Shown in pieces: positions 1 to 11,557 of a stretch of DNA of 64,000 nt. The stretch is from Callorhinchus milii. Lineage: Eukaryota. Both the position numbers and the translations under genes were made by a program. Location: positions 115,570,001-115,634,000 of the forward strand of contig NW_024704742.1 in assembly GCF_018977255.1 (NCBI RefSeq), read 5' to 3'. Positions within the stretch are counted from its first letter, which is position 1, and every line of letters starts with the position of its first letter. Below the pieces are notes generated by a model. It did not search any database. It had not been told where the DNA came from and saw only the letters and a program-made list of their open reading frames with translations.

Positions 1-330
1 ACAGAATAAGTCAAATGGTCTCCCATTTGGAGGTCAGAGAGGTAGGGGGGGGCAGAGGAGTGCAGGGACTTGAATACGAGGGTGAGGATCTTGAAGTCGA
101 TCCTCTCTGGGATAGGCAGCCTATGCAGTCTGGCAAGGACTGGGGTGATCGGGGAGCGGAGTTTCGTGTGGGTGAGAATATGGGCGGCAGAGTTCTGAAT
201 GAGTTGGATTTTATGAATGGTAGTGGATGGGAGTCCGGCGAGGAGGGAGTTGGAGTAGTCCAGCCGAGAGGTGACAAAGGCATGAACCAGAGTTTCAGCG
301 GCTTTTCGGGAGAGATATTGACGGAATAGG
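1..330 (-). mobile_element. L2-clade LINE fragment (3' part of ORF2)
   Basis: The reverse complement resembles the L2 copies at 5600-5850 and 9900-10180 (SRLDYSNSLL / IQNSAAHIL / LHRLPIPERIDFKI-type sequence). Confidence 0.75.
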
Positions 331-3300
331 AGTAGCTCTCTGAGAGAGCAATCCATTTAATCCTGTTCTACTGCCTTTTCCCATAACCTCTTATAACATG
401 TTTTTTAACCTGATCAGGCAAACAGGATCTCTAACTTCTCATTCAAAGGACAGCACTTCCACCAATGCAGTGTTCCTGCAGCTCTGCATTGGAGTATCAG
501 CCCAGACTGTGTTCAACATCCCATTTATGATACTCTAACTGTTTCCCTTTTTCCTTTGGGACTAGGTTTGCCCAGACTCTGGAGCGGGTATGCGTGGACA
601 CTGTTTGAGAGTGGGGTCATGACAAAAGACTGGCTTTGTGTATCCATGGCATTCAGAAGTACGTAACTATTTAATGCAAAACAATGAAAAACACAACTGA
701 ATTGAAGCGGTTCTTAAAGATGGTTATGTATTGTGTGCAAGTCTGTGTCTTCACCTTCTATTTGTGGTGGTGATAGGGGAATATTTTTTGCATGTTGTGG
801 GCTGCTGTTTTGGGTCTGAACGCAAATTGTAGCCATATAGAATGAACACAGCAAGTTAGCTAAACACCTCTGTTGCTCTTCATGTTCCACACTTTTACGA
901 AGGTCTCTTTCCATTCTATTCTTGATAGCTGTATTCACAGACCTGAGTCAGATCTTTCCCTTATCCAAGCTACTCTTAATTTTGTAAAAAAATCTTTATT
1001 TGTTTTATGATTTTCCTCCATCTACACCACACAAGGGAAAATAGATCAAGGACCATTTTCTGGAATCCAGTTTATCTGTACCCCCTGATATACTGGAGCA
1101 TTGGAGAAACAAATGAGGGCTGGTTTACAAGAATTGATGTGAAGTCAGATTTGGGGCAGAGGAGATTCCAGGCACCCAGCAAGAGTTTAGGCCCAGTTTT
1201 CATTTTACCCTATCCCTGAGCTCGGGTATTCAGGTAGTGGAGAGGTTAGTTTTACAGAGAGTTATTTTATAGAGCTGTAAGCACCTGCTCAGACTGGGTG
1301 TACTGTTGAGCTGTGGTAAAATGGAAAACAACTGAGTGCTAGACATTGTTGTTGAAAGTCCCTGTTAACACATTGTAATATTTTCCTCTGTTAGTACAAA
1401 ACCAGGCCAACACTATGTGAACACTGAAGAATTTCTGAACGTTCTGAAGAAAAACTTGAACAAGAAGCTGAGTCTGTGATAATAACTGAGGAATGTGCCG
1501 CAGTTCATGCCATTCGAAGGCAATTGTTTCTACAGTGAAGACCTAGCTTGTAATATAGAATTAAGATGCCCACTACTGGGGAGGGTGTTTCTCTCAGGCA
1601 TTAATAAAAAGGGTATGAATTCGCCATCGCCTCTGACTCACTGGGGGTGTGAGATGAAATTGAGTTTATTATTGACGTTGGTTTCTCTGTTTGACCCGCG
1701 TAGTTTTGTTTAGTTTTTAATTTTATTAGCAGGTTAGCTTTCCAGCTTCTGTCCATCACAATAATTTCAGACACACTTATTTCTGCAGGACAAGAGGGCA
1801 CAGGTTCAGGGTTGTGATAGGCATGTTTAGGACAGTCACCAGGAAGTATTTCTTTACACAGCGATTGGAGTGGGTTACCCTAGGAAGTACGGTAGCAATC
1901 AGGCGAGCTGTAATTTGAAGCTATAATGGGTCAACACTAGGATGGGTAAATTCTGGAAGGTGATATCATCATCCTCATCTAAACTCTCACTAGGCACAAG
2001 GCTATTTCAACCTTCATTCATGATGTAAAACTGATCTATTTCCTATAGAGAGAATAGACTGGCTTCATATTCTGGGGGAAGCTAGGATAATCCTATCTCA
2101 CAATATTGTGCCCTAATTATCTAAAATGACAAGAACATGAGTTGCCAGATCTTTAGAGGCTGGAGGAAGGCAGATTGAGGGGTGAGGTAGACGGAGGAAG
2201 GGTGGGAGGAGACACCAGCATCAAGCAGATGATAGTAACAAAATAAAAAAGTGAGAGAGCGTAAAGGAACAAAATAAAGGCAAGAAGAAGGAAAATAGTA
2301 GAAAAGGGGGAAAAAGTGACAACAGCAGATATATTAAAATAAAAGCACAGCAGTGTACAACAACAATAAATTACACTTGTAACGCATCCTTCATGTTGGA
2401 AAGATATTCCAGAGCACTGGACAGTCAGGGATTTTGGACTCAAGCTGGAAGTTGGGGTCAGGAGGGATGGAGGGCAGGGGGTGGAGGAAGAAACAAAACA
2501 TAAATTGGAAACAGAAAAGAAAAAAAAAGCAAGATTGGGAGGAGACCGAAACCAAAGAGTAAACAGGAAGCTCTAAACTTTACGATATAATCTTTGATCA
2601 CAAAATTCCTGCTTTCTGCACAAGTGAATACACACAGAGTAAAACCTGGAAATAGTTCCAACATTTCTATAAACTTTTTTTTGAGTTTATTTATTTTTTT
2701 CTAGCTGTGTTTTGGGCTGATACATACAGGAAAAATGAACAGAAATACAGGAAGACGACAAGAATAAAGGGTGCGGCCTACAAGCAAAGTCTGATTTACG
2801 TTATAGCAGCAGTTTGAAGCCACTGTGAGCCTAGGAATCAAACATTCTCTGATCTGCTTCCTCCCTCCCACCTCCTCCACTTTCTACAATATTATTTATC
2901 ACTTGGCTAGCAATTGTATCACTACAGTAAGGAATAATGGGCCCTAGATTGTGGCAGTTTCTAAAACAAATCCTTAATAAGGAAACCCGAGGTACAGATA
3001 TCAGCTCTAATTGGAACTAGCCCATTGTGGATAAGGAAACAGTGTGGATGATTGGTAATTATCATCCACACTATGATTGATAATCTCTGATAAGACTAAG
3101 ATTATTGTCACAGTATACAATTTCGCAAATCTTACTATTGATCTATGTTACACTGTTTTAAGTATGTTAGAGGACTTCTGGGTGTTTTAAATCTGCCAAT
3201 TTTGCATTTTGCAATTCGCCCACAAATATACAGTCAATTCACTTTACAGTCTATTCTGTGAAGCACTTTGAGATGTCTAGAATATGTGAAGAGCGCTATA

Positions 3301-3532
3301 TCAAATGCAAGGATTATTATTATTAATGTACTTCCTTAATGCGATTGCTATTCACTGAGAATAAACAGAAACTATCATAAGAGAGTTGTCTTCTGATTTT
3401 CCCCACAAGATACTCAGTCATACCAGTTTACAGTATATCCTATGAAGCACGTAAAGACTTCTCAACAACCTGATAAGGTGCTATATCAAATGCAAGGATT
3501 ATTAATAGTAATAATTAATAATAATACATGAT

Positions 3533-3852
3533 AATAAATAATTCTTGCATCTGAGATAACGCTTTTCACTTCTTCTAGACGTCTCAAAGCGCTTCACAGA
3601 ATATACTGCAAAGTGAATTTTGACGGAATATTTTGTATATACAGGGCGAAACCCAGCAGCCAATTATGCACAGCAGTATCCCACAAACAGTCATGCATTG
3701 AGTGACCAATTTATTATTGTTTTTTTTTCTTGAGGGATTATTATTGGGTGTGTGGAGTAAGGAAACTTGCCCAAGGTTTCGCCCTGCCGGGAATCGAACC
3801 CAGGTCTCTCGCTTGTGAGGCAAGTGCTCTAACCACTGAGCTACAGGACTCC
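3533..3852 (-). mobile_element. tRNA-derived SINE, short subfamily
   Basis: The reverse complement begins GGAGTCCTGTAGCTCAGTGGTTAGAGCAC (A box), has the B box GGTTCGATTCC and ends in an AT-rich tail. Confidence 0.85.
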
Positions 3853-3861
3853 AGCAACATA

Positions 3862-4172
3862 GTAGCTCAGTGGTTAGAGCACTCGCTTTGCAAGCGAGAG
3901 ACCTGAGTTCAATTCCAGGCAGGGCGAAACCTTGGGCAAGTTTCCTTACTCCACACAGAGCCTAATAATAATCCCTCCAAAAAAACAAAACAATAATAAA
4001 TTGGTCATTTTCAATCTACGACTGTTTGTGGGACATTGCTGTGCGCAATTGGCTGCCGCGTTCGCCCACAAATATACAGTCAATTCACTTTACAGTGTGT
4101 TCTGTGAAGCGCTTTGGGACGTCCTCCCGACGTGAAAAGCGCTATATCAAATGCAAGGATTATTATTATTAT
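3862..4172 (+). mobile_element. tRNA(Ala-like)-derived SINE, young short subfamily
   Basis: GTAGCTCAGTGGTTAGAGCACTCGCTTTGCAAGCGAG...GAGTTCAATTCC, an L2-like 3' end and a (TAT)n tail. Nearly identical to the copies at 6572, 30810 and 36890. Confidence 0.9.
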
Positions 4173-4532
4173 TATAGTCCTGACATTTGATATAACTCCT
4201 TTCACGGCGGGAGGACGTGATTATTATATACATAGCCAGATCAATCTGAATGAATTTTAAAAATAACCCAAGGACTTGTAGAATATTTATCTATTCTCAG
4301 GTCATTTACCATGTACAGAGCTCTCCGGATAGTTACTAGGGCCATTGGACACTTGTGTCACATCACATAAAGGGTTATTGGGCACATTTCCACACACTGT
4401 CTCCCTTCACAGCCTCTTTGTTCCCTAACAATGGGACTTGCAGGAAGTTCAAATAGTGGTGCCATTTCCAAAATTATGTTGTGTTTAGCAAGAGCTGAAT
4501 CTTTTTAAAACATTTAATAATTTATTTTAATG

Positions 4533-4828
4533 TAGGGCAAATTTCTTTACTCCACACGGCTCTGTTTACCTAGTAGTAAGTAGGAAAACGGTTGTTTGTC
4601 TATTGGCGGATCGCTTTTCCGGGGGTAATAATTCATTAAATTCTTTTTAAATAAATTGGTCACTCAATCCACGACTGTTTGCAGGATACTGCTGTGCACA
4701 TTTGACTGCCGCATTTCACCCACAAAATATACAGTCAATTCACTTTACCGTATATTCTGTGAAACGCTTTGAGATGTCTCGAAGATGTAATAAGGCACAA
4801 TAGCAATTGCAAGGATTATTATTATTAC
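4533..4828 (+). mobile_element. SINE, long subfamily, 5'-truncated
   Basis: Carries the CTCTGTTTACCTAG...GGGGGTAATAAT insert and the family 3' end with (TAT)n. Confidence 0.8.
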
Positions 4829-4874
4829 TTATTTACCTGTAACTGACTAATTTATATCCTTTTCAATTTATTCC

Positions 4875-6194
4875 TACTTTTCGCTCACGGAAACCTGGAT
4901 CACCCCAGGTGACACCTTCCCCCTCACTGAGGCCACACCCACCAGGCTACACCTACCACCATGCCCCACGACCCAACCATCGTGGCGGTGGTGTGGCCCT
5001 CATATCCAGGGCATTACTTGCCCTATCCCCCTACTCCACCAGCTCGTTCCCCTCTTTTGAACACCTTACCCTCTGCCATCCCTCCCACCTCTCTATGAAA
5101 ATTCTCTTACTTGACATCTCCACCCTCTTTGCTTCCCTCTGCCTCTGCTCCGACCGTCTCATCATCCTATGACAATATGACAATATCCACAGACATTGGA
5201 TAAATTTCCACATGTATGCGGATGACACCCAACTCTACCTCTGTACCTCCACCCTCAACTCCAGGACCGATGGTGTCCTGACCGACTGCCTGTCCGACAT
5301 CAAGTCCTGGATGAGGGCCAACTTTCTCCAACTCAACGTCAGCAAGACCGAGGCCCTCCTGATTGGCTCGCACCATCGCCTCCGCACCTCAGGTGCTGGC
5401 AGCATCAGCCTCCACGCTGCACACTTAACCTCACTAAGCCAGTCAGGAACCTGGATATCTTGTTTGACCCTGAACTGTCCTTTCTCCCTCACATCCGCGC
5501 CATGACCGGCACTGCCTAGCACCACCTCCACAACATTGCCAGACTCCGCCGCTGCCTCACCCCTCAGGCTGCCGAAACCCTCACCCACGCATTCATCACA
5601 TCAAGGGTCGATTATGGGAACTCCCTCCTCATCGGCCTTCCCAACTCTTCTCTTCACAAGCTGCAGAACATCCAAAACTCTGCAGCTCGTGTACTCTCAC
5701 GCACCAGGCTCCATGACCCCATTACTCCCACCCTTGCCCGACCCCACTGGCTCCCCATCCCCCAGAGGATCGAGTTCAAGATCTTCATCCTCAACTTTAA
5801 GGCCATCCATGGCCTTGCCCCCTCCTACCTCTCTGACCTGCTGACTCCCTACCAACCTGCCCACTGCTTCCGTTCATCGGGCTCCGGCCTGCTCCATGTC
5901 TCCCGCCCGACCCACCCTACCATCGGTGGCCGAGCTTTCAGCCTCTCTGCCCCCACACTGTGGAACTCCATCCCACGGTCCCTTCGCTTCGCTTCCTCCC
6001 TTGCTTCCTTCAAGGCCAGTCTCAAGACCCTCTCTTCGACCGTGCCTTTGGTCTCCCTCCCACCTTTCTGCCTTCCCTCACCCCTATACCACCCCTCCCC
6101 CATGCTCGGGCCCTGACACCTGACTGTTCAGCGCTTTGGGACGTCCTCCTGACGTGAAAGGCGCTCTATAAATGTAATTTGGTTGTTGTTGTTG
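4875..6194 (+). mobile_element. L2-clade LINE, internally deleted (endonuclease piece, RT C-terminus and 3' tail)
   Basis: LTETW and PPGYTYHHAPRPNHRGGGVALI are APE-like. MYADDTQLY...LQLNVSKTEALLIG is the RT motif. The tail is GCGCTTTGGGACGTCCTCCTGACGTGAAAGGCGC plus (GTT)n. Confidence 0.9.
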
Positions 6195-6571
6195 TACTTT
6201 TGCCTCTGTTTAATGTATAATAAGAACATTTTTTAGAACAGAAAAAAGGCGATCAGCCTAAAGAGCTCAAATCTTTTTGACAATTCTCAACTCCCCTATC
6301 TGCCTTCTCACCATATACTTGAAACTCTTCTCTTTCTATCTAGTTGACTCATAATCCAAAGGCAACAATAGCTCACATGTGCAGGGTGGTAAGGACAATT
6401 TAAGACCTGCACTGGGTTGTTTTTGCATCGAGATTAATCAACAGCTGGAATGGATTGCTTGATAAAGACAAGGATGCCTATTTAAGAAACAACTGGATAC
6501 AATAATGGTAAAGCATGGGGTTTGGCATTTTGGAATATTGGTATTGAATGGGCCTTAGAGTCTCCTTCGGT

Positions 6572-6898
6572 GGAGTCCTGTGGCTCAGTGGTTAGAGCAC
6601 TCGCTTTGCAAGCAAGAGACCTGAGTTCAATTCCAGGCACAGGGCGAAACCTTGGGCAAGTTTCCTTACTCCACACGCCTAATAATAATCCCTCCAAAAC
6701 CAAAAACAATAATAAATTGGTCATTTTCAATCCATGACTGTTTGTGGGACATTGCTGTGCGCAATTGGCTGCCGCGTTCGCCCACAAATATGCAGTCAAT
6801 TGACTTTACAGTGTCTTCTGTGAAGCGCTTTGGGACGTCCTCCCGACGTGAAAAGCGCTATATCAAATGCAAGGATTATTATTATTATTATTATTATT
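6572..6898 (+). mobile_element. tRNA-derived SINE, young short subfamily, full length
   Basis: Runs from the GGAGTCCTG head to the (TAT)n tail. Confidence 0.9.
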
Positions 6899-9535
6899 CA
6901 TCCAAACCTTCCTGGTGATCTTGATCTGTTCCCACTGCCAGTGTCAATAGATGATCCTCAAGTCTGTTATCCTTTGCGTGTAAATAAAGCTTCTGTTTGA
7001 CTTCCCTACCAAGCCCATAACTTGTGATCCTTGATGTTTGAAACCTTTCTCCTATATTGAACAGTTTGCCCAGATGAAACTCATCCTTAACTTGGATTCT
7101 ATCACAATTTTGAACACTACTTATTCGCTCTGTCTTTTCCCAGGTGAACAAGCACAACTTTACGTCTTGATTGACATGGAGCCCAGGGTTCTGCCAATAC
7201 TGTTTTTATTGATTTGTTGAGAGTGTACAAAAGCAGACAAGATAACCCTTCCTCAAATGTTTCCTTTTCTCTTTCCTTGAGTCTTGTATTATTCAGGTAG
7301 ATTTTGGCATGTGACATATGTCCAGGTCATGCAATCACTTATCAATAATATGTAGGAGATTAATAGGGAAGTGTTGGGCTGACGCTGTGGGTTAGGAGGC
7401 TCTACTTTCACTTCTGAGTTCAAATCCATTAAATAGTGATATAACAAAAATCTCTCTCTGATGGCTATAAATTTCAACAACAGCTTGCATTTAAATATAG
7501 CAGCTCTCACATGGGGTAAAGTCTCAGAGTGCTTAGCAATGGCATAGATTGACTCTGAGCTGAGCCAGTGAGAAAGGGGAGGTGAACCCTTGAAGAGGAA
7601 AGTCTTCAGGTGGACTCCAAAGATGGAGCAAGGCAGAGGGATTGAGGCAGGGAGTTCCAGAGGTTTGGGGCGCAGTGGCTGTTTTACATTTGTATAAGTA
7701 ATTTGATTAGGAGAAATCCAACTCCAGAACACAGACAATGACTATGACTTGTGTACACTGTAATGTAAAATAATGGTTGCCGTTCCTACCGGAAGATGAC
7801 CGTTCAGACAATATAAACACCTGGGTATGTGAATTTGTTTTGAAATTGTTAAGTGTAGAAGCTGCTGCCCGCACAACAACCACACTCTTAGAAGAGGAGT
7901 AGAGGGCGTCGAAGGATGTGTAGAAGGCCTGAGCTGGCTGAGTGAAGGGAATATGTAGAGCAGTGGGGTGTGAGCAGGTTGGAGAGGGTGGTGCCAGGGC
8001 ATGAAGCAATTTGTAGGTGAGTATGAAATCAGGAGTTCTCAACCGAGTTTCAAGTGTCCAGAATCTACAACACAGAATACCCAATTTATACTTATTACAG
8101 ACCATCTCTCTCTGACGACAAGAAAAAATAGGGGCTTCCATTTAAAGACCATGGTCTAATTCTGAACTGGAAAGCTCAACAAGCTAAATACCTCCTTCTT
8201 AATCCTATGAAACTTTTATTTTCTGATAAGACTGAGTTATAAATCCCTGCTAAAATCTTTCCTCTTTAACTGTGCCCATGATCAGCTCCCACTGCCTCTC
8301 CTTCCTTGCTTGGTGTCCGACACCATCCCTGTGAAATGGTCTGAGACATTATCCTACATGAAGGGTGCTGTATAAATACAAATGCTTGTTTAGCCAAACA
8401 ATTAACGGACTATGCAGTGGTAATATTTCATCCCCACCCCCTCGGCTCCCACACCTACCTCGAGTGGAAATCCTGGACTGTCCAATGCCTTGTGATGTCA
8501 ACCCGATGTCAAAAGTGCTATATAAATGTAAATTTGTTGTTGTTGTAAATTCATTTAAAAAGTTCAGTTGTTATTGTTCCATGTTAATATCTCTTAGTTG
8601 AGATAAATAGTATTTGTTGAAAGCTGATCAAAGTGGGAAGGGGAGAAAATTAGGCAGAAAATCAAAATACACTTCAAAATGAATGAATCCTTTTCTGTCT
8701 TTTTAAAAATAAATGTATTTGTATTGTAGAACCCTTGTTGTTGCTGAATGCAGGACAGTGGTGTGTGCAAATTGGCTGTCACATATGTCCACAAAATACA
8801 GTGTCTTACCACTTTACAATATATCCTGTGAAGCACTTTGAGATATCTCAACCATGCGATAAGGCACTATATCAAATACAAGGAATGTTATTATATTATT
8901 ATTAAATATTTGTTTTCATTCTATCCTTGTCGATTATCTTGATTTATCATATTTCAAATTTTCACATTATAGCACGCGGACTATTATCCCTGTAAAAATA
9001 GATAGAAAAATAAATTAAAGTGGGATCTGTTCCAGTTCATTTTTCTGACCACACGAGAGTAAGTGAATGTGAAAGGGGATGTGCTCCTTGGAACTGTTGA
9101 GTAAGAGCAGACAAGAGCTTTGTCTTTAAAACGGAACTGTTCAGAATCCAAAAGGGTTGAGGTGAAACCATTTCAATTGTATTTATCGAAACAACGTAGT
9201 CCATGTTTCACCAAAGCTGGGTATTTACACAGAATCTCTATCAATGCCATTTACGTAGCTTGCATTCTGTTTCCAAGGAGAAGCATTCTATCATGTGCTT
9301 CAGTAATGACTCATAGATTTTAGCGTATTTTTCCAGCTCAGTAGCTGACGCGATGTAAATGTAGAAGAAAGACCAGCATGTCTAGTGTCATTCCTGCCAA
9401 CACAATTAATAGTGGCTCTGTGATGGTAAGGCTATGTAGATTTTATTTCTACATTTACCATTTATGTGATATGATACAGCATCAAGTACAACAAGGATAT
9501 CGGGGGTTCAATCTTTGTGGTTTATACAATATAAT

Positions 9536-10546
9536 ATCCCACCATTGGCGGGAGAGCCTTCAGCCACTCTGCCCCCAACCTCTGGAATTCTATCCCCCAG
9601 TCACTCCGCCTCGCCCCCTCCTTAGCCTCCTTTAAGTTCCGCCTCAAGACCCTCCTCTTCGACCATGCCATCGGCCACCCCCCTTCCCTTCCCCTCCCTT
9701 CTCCCCCCCTGACCCCAGCTCGGGTCTGAAATGCTGTACACTGTCCAGCGCTTTGGGACATCCTCCCGATGTGAAAGGGGCCATACAAATGTAATCTTCT
9801 GTTCGACCCCGAGCTGTCCTTTATCCCCCATATCCGTGCCACGACTGGAATCACCTCCGGAATGTCACCAGACTACGGCACTACCTCACCCCTCACGCTG
9901 CTGAAACTCTGGTCCACGCCTTTATCACCTCAAGGCTGGACTATAGGAACTCTCTCCTCGTCGGCCTTCCCGGCACCTCCCTCCACAAGCTGCAGGTCAT
10001 TCAGAACTCTGCAGCTCGTGTACTGTCCCGCACCAGGCTTCGGGACCACACCACTCCCACCCTCGCTCACCTCCACTGGCTCCCCATCCCCCAGAGGATC
10101 GAATTCAAAATCCTCACCCTCACCTACAAGGCCATTCACGGCCTCGCTCCCTCCTACCTCTCCGATCTACTATCCCCCTACCTACCCGCCCGTACCCTCC
10201 GTTCCTCTGGCTCCGGTCTGCTCCACATCCCCCGCCCCAACCGCCCTACCATCGGTGGCCGGGCCTTCAGCCTCTCAGCCCCTAGGCTCTGGAACTCTAT
10301 CCCCCAGTGCCTTCGCCGCCTCCTCCCTTTCCTCCTTCAAGGCCGGTCTCAAGACCTTTCTCTTTGACCGTGCCTTCAGCTCCCCTCTCGACTCTCTACC
10401 CCCTCCTCACTCCCTCCCTTCCCTCCCCTCACCCTGACCATTTCCCCCCTGCTCGGGTCCTGACCCAACTGAACAGCGCCTTGGGACGTCCTCCCGACGT
10501 GAAAGGCACTCAATAAATGGAATCTTGTTGTTGTTGTTGTTGTTGT
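9536..10546 (+). mobile_element. Two tandem 5'-truncated L2 LINE copies (about 9536-9797 and 9798-10546)
   Basis: Both end in the L2 tail. The second is nearly identical to 59796-60239 and ends in (GTT)n. Confidence 0.88.
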
Positions 10547-11117
10547 TATAATACAATTCATTTTACATTCATCTCGTGCCTTTCACGTTGGGAGATCATC
10601 TCTCTGTGCCTCACAGTGCTGGATTAGCACATGACAATCATGGTGTTCAGGGGTCCACTAGACCTGGGTACTTGAATAGGATTTCAACTCATATAATTAA
10701 AACATTAAAACAGCAGTTTAATAGATTGGTAAGGGAATCAAAAACAACATACATTGACTGCTGTTTAACCTGAGAGCTTCGTGTGGAGGCTGCAATAAAA
10801 TACGATCCACTTTGAGTGACAGTAATATTTATCCACCTTTTAACACGCAGCATGCGTAAGTGGTACCATGAAGAGGATGTGAGTACTTAAATACGTGTCT
10901 GTTTCAGTCTCGTGATCTCTATTCACGCACAAGTGGCAGAAACAGAAAGAAGTTGTGAGACTTTGGTGAAAAATTCTTCACAAAATTGACAGTAACTGAT
11001 CAGCTCTTTACATAGAGCCACTTGACAGCAGAACTGAAATGAATCATGTAGAAAACAATTCAGAGTGACATGCAATTTAACTCTTCGGACACTTGAAGTT
11101 TATTGGCTTCCCAATTA

Positions 11118-11557
11118 TTAATAATAATAATCATCATCATCATCCTTACATTTGATATAGCATCTTTCAAGTCAGAAGAATGTCTCAAAGCGTTCAGAGA
11201 CATACTACAAAGTGGAGTTACTGTATTTTGTGGCTAAACGCGACAGCCAATTTTCACACAGCAATATCCTACACAGAGTTGTGAAATGAATGAGCAATTT
11301 TAATTGGGAGATTGTTGGCCAGGCCACCAGGAGAAACTCCCTTCTCTTATCGAATAGTACCATGGGATCTTCAATATCCACCTGAACAGGCAGACTGAAT
11401 CTTGGTTTAACATTTCTTTCAGACAGCAACTCCAACAATGCAGCACAGACCAGCACTGCATTAGACTGTCAGCATAACTTGTGGGTTTGAATTCCTGACA
11501 TGGGACTTGATCTCATAACTTTCTGAGGCAGAATTAAGAATGCCACCAACTGAGCTA
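11118..11557 (-). mobile_element. Older DeuSINE (SacSINE1-like) copy
   Basis: GGAGAAACTCCCTTCTCTT...TACCATGGGATCTTCAATATCCACCTGAACAGGCAGAC...AACTGAGCTA resembles the Deu-domain SINE consensus as I recall it. Related pieces occur near 410-520, 14370-14612, 17400-17720, 35350-35580, 36680-37325 and 54690-55320. Confidence 0.65.

Noticed and set aside
714..938. 74-aa minus ORF as an exon of a neighbouring gene
   Set aside because: No recognisable homology, a weak acceptor context and no partner exons. A BLASTX search would be needed.
6572..6650. tRNA-Ala(TGC)-like gene (also at 3862, 19462, 30810, 36890, 44510 and 63221)
   Set aside because: The acceptor stem does not pair, the anticodon varies between copies (TGC, CAC, CGC), and every copy continues into a SINE body and tail.
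9040..9430. Complex sequence with a GTAAGG donor-like site at about 9425
   Set aside because: Frames close quickly on both strands and no known product was recognised.
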